Positions 1 through 14,099 of a stretch of 32,461 bases of DNA are shown here, piece by piece (positions within the stretch are counted from its first letter, which is position 1; every line of letters starts with the position of its first letter). The DNA is from Batkoa obscura (taxonomy: Eukaryota), in assembly GCA_030770535.1 (NCBI GenBank), contig JASVEC010000201.1, positions 1 through 32,461 of the forward strand, given 5' to 3'. A program made the position numbers and the translations under genes. Under the pieces are notes generated by a model. It saw only the letters and a list, made by a program, of their open reading frames with translations. It had not been told where the DNA came from and made no database searches.

Positions 1-396
1 TCATCTCTTCCAAGTCTTCTTATGATATTTTATCCTCTGATGTTGAAGAATTCGTCGAAGTCGAATGTGGATGAAGAAAAAGAATTGACTGATTATGTTA
101 CCGAATATGTAATGAAAGGTGTTACTGCACCCAAAGTATCTGACCGTCAAGATATGGAACAAATCCGTGTACCACCCGTTTTCTCAGAAGAATTTTTATT
201 AATGATGAACTATAATATCGTTGAAGTACGTAAATATGAACGTTTGAATGCGTTATATATTAGCAAACTTAATGAAGAAAGAAAGAATAATCCTTTGCGT
301 TGTGCTTTAGGAAACTTAGATAGTTTTCCTAAACTCCCAGAACCAAGTAAACGTAAGTGTCACAAAAAGAAGGGAAGTTCGACCAAAGAGAACTAG
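1..396 (+). CDS. 3' end of a gene truncated by the window start; probable tyrosinase-family C-terminal region
   Basis: Frame 1 is open from base 1 (SSLPSLLM...) to TAG at 394-396. The segment EFLLMMNYNIVEVRKYE aligns without gaps to EFIAKMKLNYSNIRENE at the C-terminus of the tyrosinase at 19242 (E, F, M, N, R, E at identical spacing). Confidence 0.55.
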   Translation, partial: SSLPSLLMIFYPLMLKNSSKSNVDEEKELTDYVTEYVMKGVTAPKVSDRQDMEQIRVPPVFSEEFLLMMNYNIVEVRKYERLNALYISKLNEERKNNPLRCALGNLDSFPKLPEPSKRKCHKKKGSSTKEN

Positions 397-763
397 GTTT
401 GATATGAATTAAAGCCTTAAAATTGTTTAGTAATATTACTGATATTTGAATTATATCTCATTATTTCTATATCCTGTGAACTACTAAATGGTTTCTTAAT
501 TAATTTCTCTAAAATTTTAATCGAATTTTAATAAACCACATTAATTTTAATACATTTGAAGTTGGCATATGAAAGAATTGTTAAAATTTAAATCATTTTG
601 CTCTAAAATGATTAAATAACTACTATTATAATATAAAAAAAGTTTAAAATAAAATTTAATAATGGGAAGGAATTGGCTTTATTTGAGTATCTAAACAAAG
701 CTCAGTGTTAATAAGATGTGATTTAGTTTCTATCACTATATCATATTTCTAAAAAATCCTAAA

Positions 764-3700
764 CTACCAAAAGGCACACCAACCAATGTAGCATTGACAA
801 AGATTTTCTAATGAAGTGGCTTGAAGTATAAGTTTTTGAACCTGCTGAGGTACATCCAAGGTAGTATTAGGATTAAAGTCACGACCTGAAAGTTTGTTAT
901 TAACTCTATTGATAACTGTAACAGCCCTTTGATTTAAATTCTCAGACTTGTTTGTTTTATCATCATTAAGATTATCATCATTTTTCCTAGATGTTGTGTT
1001 TTTCCTAGACAAAGTACTTGGTCTTTCCTCAGCACCTGAGTTTCTATTTCTTCCCTCTGGCTTAGGGCTTGGATGGGTTAATAATCTCCAATTGATCAAT
1101 GGATCATAAACAAAAGCCTCCAACACCGCCATTAAACTCTCCTTATTCTCTCTTAATACTCGCATCACATTCTCACATGTAATACGGAAGGTACCTTCAA
1201 TACCACTCACTTCCATTGCGTTGGTCAACATACGTGTAAGTCTAAATGGAATCTTTTCTGGAAATTTATCACGATGCATAGCTACTTCAAAACAATCCCC
1301 AAAATCAATATGATTTACTTTACCAGAGAATCGATGTAACATTAAATTGGAAGGATGACGATCACCCAATCCCAAAATATAACCTACCATTGACATCAAA
1401 GCAAGTGAGCGTGTATAATTAGTTCTACGATCCAACCAAGCTTCCGAGTTTTGACTCTTAAGCCATAAAACGCGGTATAAATCCTGACCTGTGGTATTGT
1501 CAAGTGCAAACTCAAACACTTCAACCTTTTGAAGTAATGCTAAATTGTCATAGTCAGGTGCCATTTGAAGCATAAGTCGGTGCTCAATGTTAAGTAATAT
1601 CTTGCGACTTTCTCTATAATCTCTAATCAATGAATGTAAAGTATCACAGTGTGGTAACCAACCAATCAAACCAGAATTTGGTGAAAGTGGAATGACTGGA
1701 TATCTTTCGATACTAAGTCTTCTTTTAAATGTTTCCGAATCTGATGAAAGCAAGGTATTAACTAATCCGAATAGCTGCATTACTCTTTCATCTTGACGAA
1801 GATCCTCATGTCCTTTTAGAAGGTATTGATAATCCTTGCCGTTATCTCCTTTAATAATAAGTTTTCTAGGACGTTGTTTCGAAGTAATGACATTAAGCGT
1901 TGGGAAAAAGCTAGCAATTTTAACCAAAGATTCGCCACTCTTATAAGATCCTGGGATAGCCAATTGAAGGTTCTCAGCTTCTAATAATTTAGGAGAAACA
2001 AACTGCAACTCCAAGGTGGTAAGCTGAGGCAATTGCTTATTGATCCTTCTAAATACTTGATAATAAAGATCCCATGCTTGGTTAAGATCATTGACATTTC
2101 TTGTTTGTTTGTATCTTTGACACCATTCATATGCTTCTTGTAAATCGCGACCAAATGCTTGATTAAATGAAATCTCTCGAAGTGTTTCAGGCCCTTGTTC
2201 AAGCATTCTATGTAATGGCTCCAAAGTAGTAAACATAGCTTCAATGTTATGATCTCCAAAATATAATCTAGAAGCTTCTTCAAGCCCTTCATACCACATT
2301 TCATGCCAAAGGATAGCAACTCGAATCAACTCTTGACTCACTATTAATGCTTGTTCAACAAGTATAAGACTATGACTCTTTATTCTATCCATTAAAGAAA
2401 CTGCAGCATTCTTTCTGGAATTACTTTGTGATTTGGTAGCAACTGTGACTGGATAAACCAAAGCTTGAGGATGTTTTTTACTAACCTCATTAAGTATATG
2501 ATGAACCAATCTACGAACATGAGCATTGGAGGCATGGATACGTGCAATAAGTTGAGGAATTACTTGCAACCAAGTATCTGTAGTTATATTATTGAAGCCC
2601 TCTGTAATAGCAAAGTTAACATCCCTCAAATGAGCATATTTAAACCACAGGGTCAAAAGACGTAAAGTATCCTGTAATGAATTACCACTTGAAAGTTTGA
2701 TTGATTGGAAGAAACCTTGGACTGCGGGGACAATGTGAGTAGTGACAATATGCTCATTAATGGACCCTGTTTTTTGTTCAAAATAACCTATCACTTCAAA
2801 ATTAGCCAAAGCCCACGAGTGCCATGCTTTATATTGTTCAGGATCAAATTGGGTTGCCATAAAATAAGAGTGAAGAATATGTGGTATGGTAGCTTCATCC
2901 CAATTATCTTGTAATTCAACATGCCATAAACCTTGACGATGATAACATTTTGAAAGTAATTTAAGGTGTTCTTGACTTTCATTATTTTGTGTGCTCAAAA
3001 TAGTAGATAAATTCATATATTGATCCACATTTTGAAGACCTAAACTTTCTGCTAATCCTTGTGTAAAATCTTGAAGATGTTCAAGTGTTTTTGGTTTAGA
3101 TCCAGTAGCCCAACGATGTTTAAGATAAGCATATAATATCTTTGGAGAGCCATCTGGTAAATCATCATCAGAGAATGGTCCATGATGATTGAGTAATGTT
3201 TTGATTGTTTTTTCAGATAATGAAGTTCGACCGCTCTTATGACAGAGATTGGCAAATTTCAACCATAAATCGACATCTTCGTTTGGTGATATGACTAATG
3301 AGCGTATTTGAAGGGTTCTTTGCCAAACCTCTACATTACGCTGACATCCTAATAAACGCTTCATCCATGTCTTACGAATCAAAGCTTGACGTTCTGGCTG
3401 TTCTTTAAAGTTGATAAAATCGATGACTTCTTCCAATTCAGATAATATCTGTACTCTTATAATGACACTATAAGCTCTATTAAAACTCTCACCAATAAGA
3501 GCAGTAAGTTCATTATCCAAAAGATCTCTTGATTTTTCAATATAAAGTTTAGCTTGAGTAAACTGATGTCTATGTACCAATAGTATAGCTTTAAAAAAGG
3601 ATTCGTTGGAAGGAGTATGATCCATAGCAGCGATATAAGAATCAATATTATTCCATTGTCCAATACCCCATGAAGCAGCAGCAGCTAAAGGTGCTATCTT

Positions 3701-6700
3701 TTGTCTTGTCTCTTCATCTCCTTCATCCCATGTTTTACTAGATAACTCATTTAAAATATCCCATTCCCCAAGTGCATGATAACAACGCATCTTTCCTAAA
3801 TTGACATCGAATGAGGCTCCTGATTCTGCTTCTTTCTTTTCATAAGCTATTAAAGCATCATCCCATCTGCCTAATTTTTCATACCATGTTTCTTTCAATA
3901 TTAAATCATGATGATTCTGTGCAATATTTAATATTCCAACTGCTGCATCAGGTTGTTGTAATTGAGTATTGATCCTAATCAATGATTCAATAGTAACAGT
4001 AGAAGGTTCAGATATAAATTCAAGTTCTTTATAATGAAGAGCTTTAGCAAAAGAATGACAACGACTTGCATATTCACCTAAAGTTTTAATAGCTATCGGT
4101 AATGTTTTGTCATCATGTTCCATAAACTCAGCTAAATTCAACAACATTTGTAAAATTTCTGAAGTTATATTTGGTGATACTAAAGCTGTTTCAAGTGAAC
4201 GTACAAGCTCATCTTGATAAGTATCTGGAAGTTCTGTCCAACAAGATACAAAAGCTGCATTAAACAAATCTCTAGCTAAAGGTGGATAATTGTTTGCTAA
4301 ATTAGCACAAGCTCTAAGGGCAGGTGAAGGTGATTCTCTGATAAGTTCGATACTCAACCGACGTATCCATTCTATCCAATCATCTTTTGTTGATTTTTGA
4401 TAGGCTTCCCATGCTTTTTTAAGATGCCCTTCATTTACAGGTACTTTTTTGAAACCTGCAATTTCACTTAATGGATTTTCTTCTAAATTATCATCGTTTA
4501 TACTATTAAATATAAATATAGATATAAATATAAATATAAATTATAAATTATAAATTATAAATTATAAATTATAAATTATAAATTATAAATTATAAATTAT
4601 AAATATAAATTATAAATATAAATATAAATATAAATTATAAATAAATATCATTTTTTTCCTAATATATAAATTAAATTACCTATTTTCATTTATAGCTAAT
4701 AAATCTGGAGTAATAGTTTCATTTCTTAAAATTTTACCAACTAATGAATCATAACCACTATGTTGAAGACGATTTTTAGTAATTACTTTACTTATTAAAG
4801 GTACAAATATAGCATAATCATTGCCTAATTGATAAGCCAAGATACACAACACATCCATAACATTTGATTTAAGTTCCATTGGTATGTTAGAAAGAATACG
4901 AGCTAATGGATGTATAATAGAAGAAGCAAGATCTACACAAGTAGAACTTTTACATAATTGAGCCAAGGCTAATAAAGCTGATTTCTTGACAGCTATCGAT
5001 GTATCTGGATGTTCAATAGGTTTTATTACTACAGGTATTATCAAATGAGATACTTCTTCGACTGAGTTACCAAATGAATTAAAAGCTTCCAAAACATGAA
5101 CACATAAGATTGGTTTATCAATAGCATTATTTTCAATGACATGAAGCATATCCGATAAGAAAGTAGAGATGTACATTTTGAAATCACCACCTAAAGCTGA
5201 AGAGATGGATTTTATAAGAGTAATTAGAGTACGTTGAATACTTGCAGTTGAATTCCAAAATTCTTGAATTAAGCTAAAAATATCTTTCAAATAATTTCGA
5301 ATATGCTGTTTAACAATAGAAACCATTGTACCTAATTGTTGAAAATAAAATTCATAACTACCAGCTGGACTATTACGAATGGTAGATAGATAAATGGGGA
5401 TAATTTGTGGCAAAAATGATACACATTTCAAACCTAAAGCTTTAAATAGATGCATAAATGCTGTAATAACTGAAGTGTAATTTGGAGTTAAAGATGGATC
5501 TTTTAAAATTTTTATGAGTGCATGGACAACAACAGTGGGGTAATAATCTTCTGAAGATGGCCCAATACCCATCATAACTAAATGTAAGTCTGTACTTGTA
5601 TCCTTATTTCCTCCAATTGGCTCCTCAGATTCTGGTTTATCCATTTTATGTTGATATGGATCTAAAGCACCTAAAATTCCCATTACTTTAATGGTTTCTC
5701 TTCTTATACTATTTGATTGTTCTCTTTTAAGGATGCCAACTAAGATTCCTAATAAATTAGGATACTTAATATAAGGGTCAATCACATATCCAGTATTTCC
5801 AGTTAGTTGACCTAAGGTTTTAAGGGCAGCATTACGTTTCAGAATGGATGATTGATCTTGTAAAGTATCAATAATCAAAGGCATCATGTTATCTAAATAA
5901 GAAGTTAATTGCTCCCCACCAACTTGAGCTAATTCTCCAATAGCTTTCAAAACACTAGCTACAACTGATGGATTTGTATTATGGACTTTGGTTTGTAACA
6001 CATCTACAATGGGCTGTATATATGGCTTTACAAAAGATTGAGCAGATTTAACTAATATACTTATTAATATAGCACTCTCTTCTTTAATACGACTACTATC
6101 CGAATATTCAAGATTAGTTAAAAGTTGAATTAATATTTTTCTTAAAGAAGGAACAATATAAGCTGGATTATGATTTGATAATCTACCAATAATAGCCATA
6201 GCTGTTTTACGAATAGTAAAAACTTCATCACTTAAAGCCATAAAAAGATAACGTATATTATTTGCTTGGGATAGATGAAGGTTAAAATTATCTTGTAAAT
6301 TAGATAATACTGTTTGTCGAACTTCAAACTCTGGATCTGCAATGCCAGCACTTAATAATTTGACTAAAATTTCATTCATTACTTCAATAGCATACATACT
6401 CGTTTGATAACATACTGGATCTTTAAGCAATATTTTACAACAAGTCAAAGCAGCTGATTTCCTAACTTCAACATCATCCCAATCTAAGAAAGACAAAAGA
6501 CAATCTCTAACAAATTCACTTAAGAGATGACCACTAAAATCAAAAGAACCTAATGAATTTAATGCCATAATGATAGTCTCGATTTCATTAGGATCTATTG
6601 TAGAATAATCTCTTATTGTAGTTACATTTGAACTTTGTCTTTGATTAGGTGCTCCTGGAGGTATATACTGCTGACCACTTAATATAATTGATATACTATT

Positions 6701-7990
6701 TAATAATCGGCTTTGAATAGGTATCAATAAACTTGGTATATTATGTACTAAATCAACTAAAGTTTGATGAAGTGAGTCATGCATTCCATATGAGAAGATT
6801 AGGTCCAATAGTTGTGTTGAATGTCTACTTAATGATGGCCCGGCAGCAGAAGAAAGATTACTAATACAATGAAAAACAGGAGCTTCAGCAGTACCTTTGC
6901 CTTTGATACTTTTATTAGCTAAAGATTCTTTAATATTTTGAACTATGGAATCTACAAATGGTGTAATTTTATTTCCAACAGCAATTGATACTTCTCCAAT
7001 AGCCGAAAACGCTAATACCCTTTCTTTTTCTTTTTGCAATTGGGTTAACAAAAATAGCATAATCTTTTGTAAATAATGTTCTGAAAACTCTTTCGGATTA
7101 TAACTGGCAAGCAAAGGTATCAATGAAACCACTGAATTTCTAATTAATAACTCTCGATGATCTTTATATCTCAATACTATCTCACAAGCTTCTTGATAAT
7201 ATTCTTTCATAAACATACCTGAGTCAATCAATAACTCTTTTAAAGCTAAAAATGAACCATGAATGCTTTCTAAAGTATTCATTTTTAACCCCTTTTGTAC
7301 ACCTTCAAGTATCTTTGAATACCAAGCTTTTTTATGTTGGGATTCTCTTTGTAATATTATTTTTAAACATGAGGTTAAAGCTTCAGATCCAGAAACTCGG
7401 ATGTTGATTTTGATATCTCTTAAAGCGACCCAAATCGAATCTAGGATTGATGAAACATATTCATACATCAATGTAGGAGCACTTTGAGAAATTTCTTTGA
7501 TCATTAAAACAGCTGCATGTCTTCTAGATTCAAAACGTTCTGTACTTTGTAACCATTCAATACATTTTTTGATTTCTCCTTCTAAATGAGTAGTCATTGT
7601 AATTTCGCCAGACACTGCTAGTTTGCCTAAAGTTTTAGCCGCTAATATCATCACTTTTTCATCGTTACAAGGTAAAGCTAACTTCAAACTATTGATATAA
7701 CGTACTTTATGAGGAAAAGTTATTTCTGTATTATTTTCAATGATTTTATTAATCGCTTGAATACCACCTAGTTTCTCATTAATGTCATTACTTTTTATTA
7801 AATCCGTAATTCGAATATTAATATCTCGTTCAATTTCAGCAAATGTAGAAGGTAGACAATCTTGACTTACTTCATCATAAAATTCCCGTAATACATCCCC
7901 CGCTTTATTTCGAGTATCTTCGGATTTACTCTTTAAATTATGAAATATTTTTACTAATGTTTCCTGACTTCGAGTAGTAGAATTGGTCAT
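764..7990 (-). CDS. TOR: Target of rapamycin (TOR) PIKK Ser/Thr kinase; exons 7990-4680 and 4502-764, about 2349 aa
   Basis: N-terminal HEAT-repeat region ([16 protein letters not shown]), FAT, FRB ([18 protein letters not shown]...[13 protein letters not shown]), kinase ([31 protein letters not shown]) and FATC end ([12 protein letters not shown]). A GT-AG intron at 4679-4503 joins the two ORFs in frame (NENS-INDD...KKAWE...[13 protein letters not shown]). Confidence 0.98.
4507..4645. repeat. Simple tandem repeat (TAAATTA)n / (TAAATA)n filling the TOR intron
   Basis: Visible run of taaatta heptamers flanked by taaata hexamers inside intron 4503-4679. Confidence 0.9.
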
Positions 7991-8114
7991 TATGTTTTTA
8001 TTAAAAAAACTATAAAATTTTTAAAAATTATGGCTTTGTATTTTTATTTTTTAAAATTACATAATTTTCAAGTTTGCAAGTGATTTGATATAATTTTAAA
8101 TTTTATAAAAAATC

Positions 8115-10595
8115 TTAAATGTTTGAATTTTTATTTATATCAGATTCAAAAGAAGATTTAAGATTACGAGCTTTAACTAAGAATAAAATCAATAAGTAAT
8201 TATAAACAAATAAATAAAAAATACCACAACAATCTGGAATTAAGAATTTTGCTTGATCCCATTGAGGTAAACGTTTTTGTGTTTGATCTAATCCCGTTAA
8301 ATCATTTTGGTCATGGCATTCAGCTAAAATAGCTAAACATTCCAATAATATTGTTGAAAAATCAAAGTGAAGTAAATATTTTTCACATGGTATAGTAGGT
8401 GTAAATCGTTTTGTATCTATATACCCAGTAAGTTTTGCTTTGTTTTTTAACATCATTTTTTGCAATGAACAATTGTTATAAGCAGCAACAATTAGATTGA
8501 TTAGCTTATAATGATACTCACTAATTGATTTTAACGTATCCATCCTATTTATATGTTAATTATAAGTATTTGTAGTATATTAGTATCCCTACTTTTGTGT
8601 TTCATTTAATGAAGTAAATCGTTTTTCATTTAAGGCAATATTATCTGTTATTTCAATTTCATTTGCTAAATTATTAAGATCTATTTCATTAACTTTATCC
8701 TTTTCAATTTTATCATGAAATGATTCTAAAGCTAACTCAAATTGAAAAGCTAATAGTTTTTTCATAAATAATACCAGTGGGAATAATAAGAATTCATTAA
8801 TATGCTATATAAAAATAAAGAATAATATTAATATTTTATTATTATTATCTCATTGCTATAATATTATTATTACTTACCACTTTTAATTCTTCTTTTAAAC
8901 CAAATAAATAAGACAAATAACTTGAATGCGAATGATGTATTTTTGTAATTAAAGACATTACTTTGGTAAATAAAGTTAAACACTATATATATATAAACAC
9001 CAAAATAAATATCATTTATCATAATAAATTACCTGTAATATAGTAAAATTAGACAAATAAGAATGTAATAACTTGGATAAATTAATACTCAATAAACTCA
9101 TTTTATCTTTATTTAATATTATTTTATCTGTTATTTTTTTATCATTTACTACTGATTTTATTAATTCTATTGTTGTTAATATTATTGAATTATTAATTTT
9201 AATAGCTTTATCTATCTTTTCATTGCTCTTTTCATTTTTCTTTTTTTTATCCTTTGTATTTTCATTTTCTTTACTCTCATTATCTTCTATTTTAATACTT
9301 CCATTAGTTTTTTCTTTTTCTTTTTCTTCTTCACTAATACAATCTTCAACAATATCATCTTCCGATTCCACACCACTCTCACTATTACTTTCACTATTAC
9401 TTTCAATGATATTTCCAACATGTCCTTCATCAATGTTATCAACCTCATCTTGATTTTCTCTTTTATTCTTCATTTTCTTTTCTTCATTTTCATTCTTTTC
9501 ATTAATTAATATAAAATTTTCATTTTCATCTACTACATTTTCAAATTTTAATAATTTAATCAAACAATCATCTTCAAATAAAGGTGAAAAACTAAAAAAA
9601 CAAAAATTAAATATATATAATAATAGCAAATAAATAGAATCTTCACCTTGAATAGTTTAAATTAGTACAATAAATAGCAATTGAATTTAAAAACACTAAA
9701 GATTCAATAACAGTTTGCTGTTGTATCTTAACTTGTTCTATAAAACCTTCATCATTATTTGATTCGTCTTGGTTGTTAAATCGCATTAATAAAGATTTAA
9801 TTAATTTTATCACCATGTAAATACTTGCTATTAAATTTCAATCAATTATGTTATGATAAAACAATGATTATTAAATACTTACTACTCTCTAACATCACTT
9901 CTCCAAATAAGGCACCAACCTTACAAATAATAAAATTACACGAATAACATATAATACTAAAATCATTGTACTATATAAAAAGGTAAATGGTAATATAATA
10001 TATATATATACAATTACCCTTCTAAACCCCTCTGCAGCTAATAAAAGACGGCTTAATAACTCAATAAATAAACTCAATTTAACTTTAATTTTATCTTTAT
10101 TCGATTTTTTATTATCACCAATAACTCTTAATAATTTAATAATTTGAACTAAATATTGAACACCTTCCTGTTGATAGTCTATGTATCTTTCATTTGACTC
10201 ACTATTTTGATAAACTAAATTCAAATCTTTTATGAACTTCATTAAAAATAATTTATATAGATAAGCTTACTTTTATTAAATAATAAGAATTGATAAAAAT
10301 CAATACTTTGTTTTAATAACTTGGAGTAGTTACTTTTTGATACTTTCAATTGACCTATTGTTTTTATTAATTTTGTTCTCCATATCTCGAATTTAGTCTC
10401 ATCAAGTCTTTCTATTTTTCTATCTTTTTCTTTCAAAAAGATGAAATTTCCAATAGATGATAATAATTTGTTGATTATTATGTCTGTTTTTAAATGAAAA
10501 TAATCCCCTTTTCCTTTTATTGCTTGTTTTTTGTTACCTCGTTGTTTAATATTATGACCATTACTATTATGTTTATCAAATAATACTCTTTTCAT
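8115..10595 (-). CDS. Hypothetical multi-exon protein, helical-looking with an acidic low-complexity middle; exon boundaries approximate
   Basis: Chain of minus-strand ORFs (10242-10607, 9895-10242, 9012-9629, 8115-8543) separated by short AT-rich segments with GTAAG/GTAAT donors and TAG acceptors. The likely ATG is at 10595 (MKRVLFDK). No family recognised. Confidence 0.7.
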
Positions 10596-10725
10596 TTCTT
10601 TTTTCACAACTAAATAAATTTAAAAAAGGTAAATTTTGTTTTCGTTAAATTTAGATTTAAAATTCAAGACTTAGCTCTTTTTCTCAAAAAAACTTAAAAT
10701 TGAATAACAAATAATAACTTCAATT

Positions 10726-11728
10726 ATGAGTGTGTGTCAAACCCTAGCTAACACATTAAACATTGCACCAATTTACTATAAGAAATTCGACAAATTAATC
10801 AACTATTCATTAGGTTTAAAATTACAAGAACGTTTATATCAATTACGTAAAAACAGTATAAAAGATCAAGATTCCACTTTACCTTCATTAAATAACAATC
10901 TATTATTGTTACTTGAACATCCACCAACTTTCACTGAAGGAAAACGTCAGAAAAATAATGATATTGATGTTGAAAATAAAGTCAAAAGCCTAGGCGCGGA
11001 TTATTATTTGGTAAGAAAAAGATACAGTGATTGAGTTTATTATATAGAGATATTAATGACAATAATAATTAAAAGACATCTCGTGGAGGCCAAACTACAT
11101 ATCATGGACCTGGTCAATTGGTGGGTTATCCAATTTTTTATTTAAAGGATTATAAAGTAAAATAGATAATTAAAATAATTATTTTATTTTATTTTATTAA
11201 CAAAGCCTAGTTAAGCACTCGGTGTTATGTTAAAAAAATCGAAACTTTACTATGTAATATATGTTCTGAATTATCTTTAAAACCAGAACTTAATGAGCAT
11301 ACTGGAGTTTGGTTAGGAAAAAATAAAGTAGCAGCCATAGGTAATTATAATATAATGTTTTTAATAATATCATTAATGTTTTTAATTAAGGCATATTAAT
11401 ACGACAATATATAACCAATCATGGGTTTGCATTAAATATTAATAACGATTTAAATTGGTATAATAATATAATACCTTGCGGTATTCTAGATAAAGATAGA
11501 GGTGTTACTAACTTAGAGATAGAATTAAATAGAAAAAGTAAGTTATCACTTAATATAAATATAAAAATAATGTTTTTATCCTTTTTGTTAGTTATCGTTG
11601 AAGATATATTACCATTAATATTAAAACATGTTTCTTTATCGTTTACTGGTGTTGAAAATAGTTTAGTTTCTCTAGATAAATATCACCCTGAATTAAATCA
11701 ACTTATTGATTCTTGGTCACTGGAATAA
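10726..11728 (+). CDS. LIP2: Octanoyltransferase / lipoyltransferase 2 (LipB family), 5 exons
   Basis: [15 protein letters not shown] in exon 1; [19 protein letters not shown] from 11076; TGVW...KVAAIG; HGFALN; catalytic IIPCG; stop TAA at 11726-11728. Confidence 0.93.
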
Positions 11729-12309
11729 AACCAAAGTGATACTATTAATATAACACTATGTTTCTTTTTATTGTAAAGAATAAATTAGAAAAATAAATAG
11801 CTATTATCAAGAATAATATAGACTATTTTAAAGTTCAGTTCCGATTTTATCTAATTTTGATTTTTAGCAAAAATTACAATTAAGCATTAAGTATCATAAA
11901 AATATTCCATAAACTAGTTTTATAATTTTAGTTATATATATTTTTAATATAAATTATTTATTAACTTTTAATTTAAAATTATATAATAATGTTAAACAAA
12001 TGCTATAATATTTGATTAAATTTAAAAAAATTATTAATTTGTGTAGCTAAGTTTAAGCTAACTTAAGCTTCAAAATAAAATTCGATAATTGCAATTTTCG
12101 TCTATTTTTTATATGATAAACCTTTTTAAAATAGTAGTCAAATAGTAAATAAAAAACATTTAAATATAAATGTATAAAACTTAGCTCTAATTTTGTTCAA
12201 TTTGAATTTTTAACAAAAACTACAAATTGTGTACTAAATGTTATAAAAATAGTTTTTTTATTTAATTTAAAATTCTATATTAGAATGTATTATTCAGTAT
12301 TTAATTAAG

Positions 12310-12414
12310 ATATAGAGGTAATTTTTTGGTTTCATCACCTTTTCCATTTTCAAGTGCCATTTGAGTGAAAAGATTGGTAGTAAAATTCTTAAATGAAAAA
12401 ATACATCCTCATAT
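12310..12414 (+). mobile_element. MITE family A copy (~105 bp)
   Basis: ATATAGAGG...ATACATCCTCATAT termini, with internal ttttccatttt...agtaaaattcttaaa shared with the other copies. Confidence 0.8.
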
Positions 12415-12720
12415 TTTTAAAACTTACACTAAATGAAAAATGGACAAAAAAGTGAAATTAAAATATTTACTTAAGTTTTAATTAGGATTTTAAACTTATC
12501 TAATATACTTAAAATACTATCTATTGGTATTTTAAATCACGTATTTCATTTTAATTGAACTAAAAATTTAGAAATAAATATTATTGGTTATAAGTGAATC
12601 ATTTTAATTTAATCATATAAAGTTGACCAATTTTATACATTATTAGTAAACTAATTTTGATATTAAATAATTTATTTTTTTATTAAAACATAACTCAAGA
12701 TAATAGCAAATAAAAAAAGA

Positions 12721-14017
12721 ATGTTAAACTACCTTTCAACGATTGATTATTATTGGGCTATTAAGCATTTGTCCATAGCAGTTGGTGTATTGAGTTCTTT
12801 AGCTTTTGGTGGTATTTATTACTTTCAATCTAGTTTAATTTATCTTCCTAATTTGCCACAAAACTCAAGAAAGAAGGTAATGATAAACAATATACTCATA
12901 TATATACGATTTAGAACTAATTGATTTATAATTACTTTAGATTGATGAACCATCCAAATATAATTTACCATTTGAAGATGTAGTATTAAGAACAAAAGAT
13001 GGAGTACGTATTGGAGCTTATCTCATTAAGAGAGAAGATGAAAAAGAATTTGAAAGAGCACCTACTTTAATTTATTTTCATGTAAATTTATCACCTATTT
13101 TTAACATAGAAATAACTAATAAATATTTTTATTTATTTAGGCCAATGCAGGAAACTTTGTAAGATTATTACTATTAGAGATTAAGCTGATGAAATACTAA
13201 TAGTTTTTTCTTAAATAGGGAATGAGATTACCTATTGCCGAAGTTATTTATCGTGTTTGTAAATGTAATATATTAATGCTATCTTATCGTGGGTAAGTTT
13301 TAATTAATAATTCCAATGATTGGTAACATTTATTTATTTCTAATAAAATAGATATGCTTTTTCAGAAGGTGTTCCCGATGAAAAAGGTCTTAAATTAGAT
13401 GCTGAAGTAAGTTAAATGAATTTTATTCTTTTTTATATATATTTATTTTATGAATAAGGCCGCTTTAGATTATATTCTATCTCATGACAAATTAAAAAAC
13501 AATAAAATTGTACTATATGGTCAATCAATTGGTGGTGCTGTTGCTATTGATTTAGCTTCCAAATTTGAAGATAAAGTAAGCTAATTTATTTCATAATCAT
13601 ATGGTATGATAATAACTTATAATTAGGTCCATGGTTTAGTACTTGAAAATACATTTCTTAGTTTAGTAAGTATAATATTAAATTATTGTTAGTTGAATGA
13701 ATATACTAATAAATACATTGAAATAGCCTAAATTAATTCCATGCGTTATGCCCACTTTAAAATACTTAACCTTTTTATGTCATCAAATTTGGGATAGTGA
13801 AAAATCAATTAGAAATATTCAATCTTTACCAACTTTATTTTTATCAGGTGCTAAAGATAGTTTAATCCCACCATCTCATATGAAATCATTATATGATCAA
13901 TTACCTTCCAATAAAAAACAATTTCAATCGTTTCCTAATGGAGATCACAATGATACTTTCCTTGCTCCGGAATATTTTAAAGAAATGGAAGCTTTCTTTT
14001 TAAAATTTATTTTATAA
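12721..14017 (+). CDS. BEM46: BEM46/ABHD13-type alpha/beta hydrolase, multi-exon, with an N-terminal membrane anchor
   Basis: YYFQSSLIYLP; FH-ANAGN-GMRLP; SYRGYAFSEGVPDEKGL; nucleophile GQSIGG; ENTFLS; GAKDSLIPPSHM; GDHNDT (Ser-Asp-His triad). Includes an 18-nt micro-exon at 13141-13158. Confidence 0.92.
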
Positions 14018-14055
14018 AATAAAAATAAAAATAAAAATAAAAATAAAAATAAAAA
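14015..14055. repeat. (TAAAAA)n hexamer repeat in the convergent 3' gap between BEM46 and GUP1
   Basis: Directly visible taaaaa repeats, which contain AATAAA-like signals. Confidence 0.8.
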
Positions 14056-14099
14056 GTTTTACTTAATTATTTAATTATTTTATTAATATTCTAGTTATA

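Noticed and set aside
4358..4680. TOR split into two separate genes, as the ORF track suggests
   Set aside because: A canonical GT-AG intron at 4679-4503 joins them in frame and restores the conserved KKAW...DDW.EW.RRL segment.
1981..7487. Small alternative-frame and antisense ORFs inside TOR
   Set aside because: Shadow ORFs of a long conserved CDS with no recognisable motifs.
9073..9453. Hydrophobic Ser/Leu/Phe-rich ORF, and likewise 27061-27416 and 24174-24479
   Set aside because: Antisense mirrors of Glu/Lys/Asn-rich coding strands.
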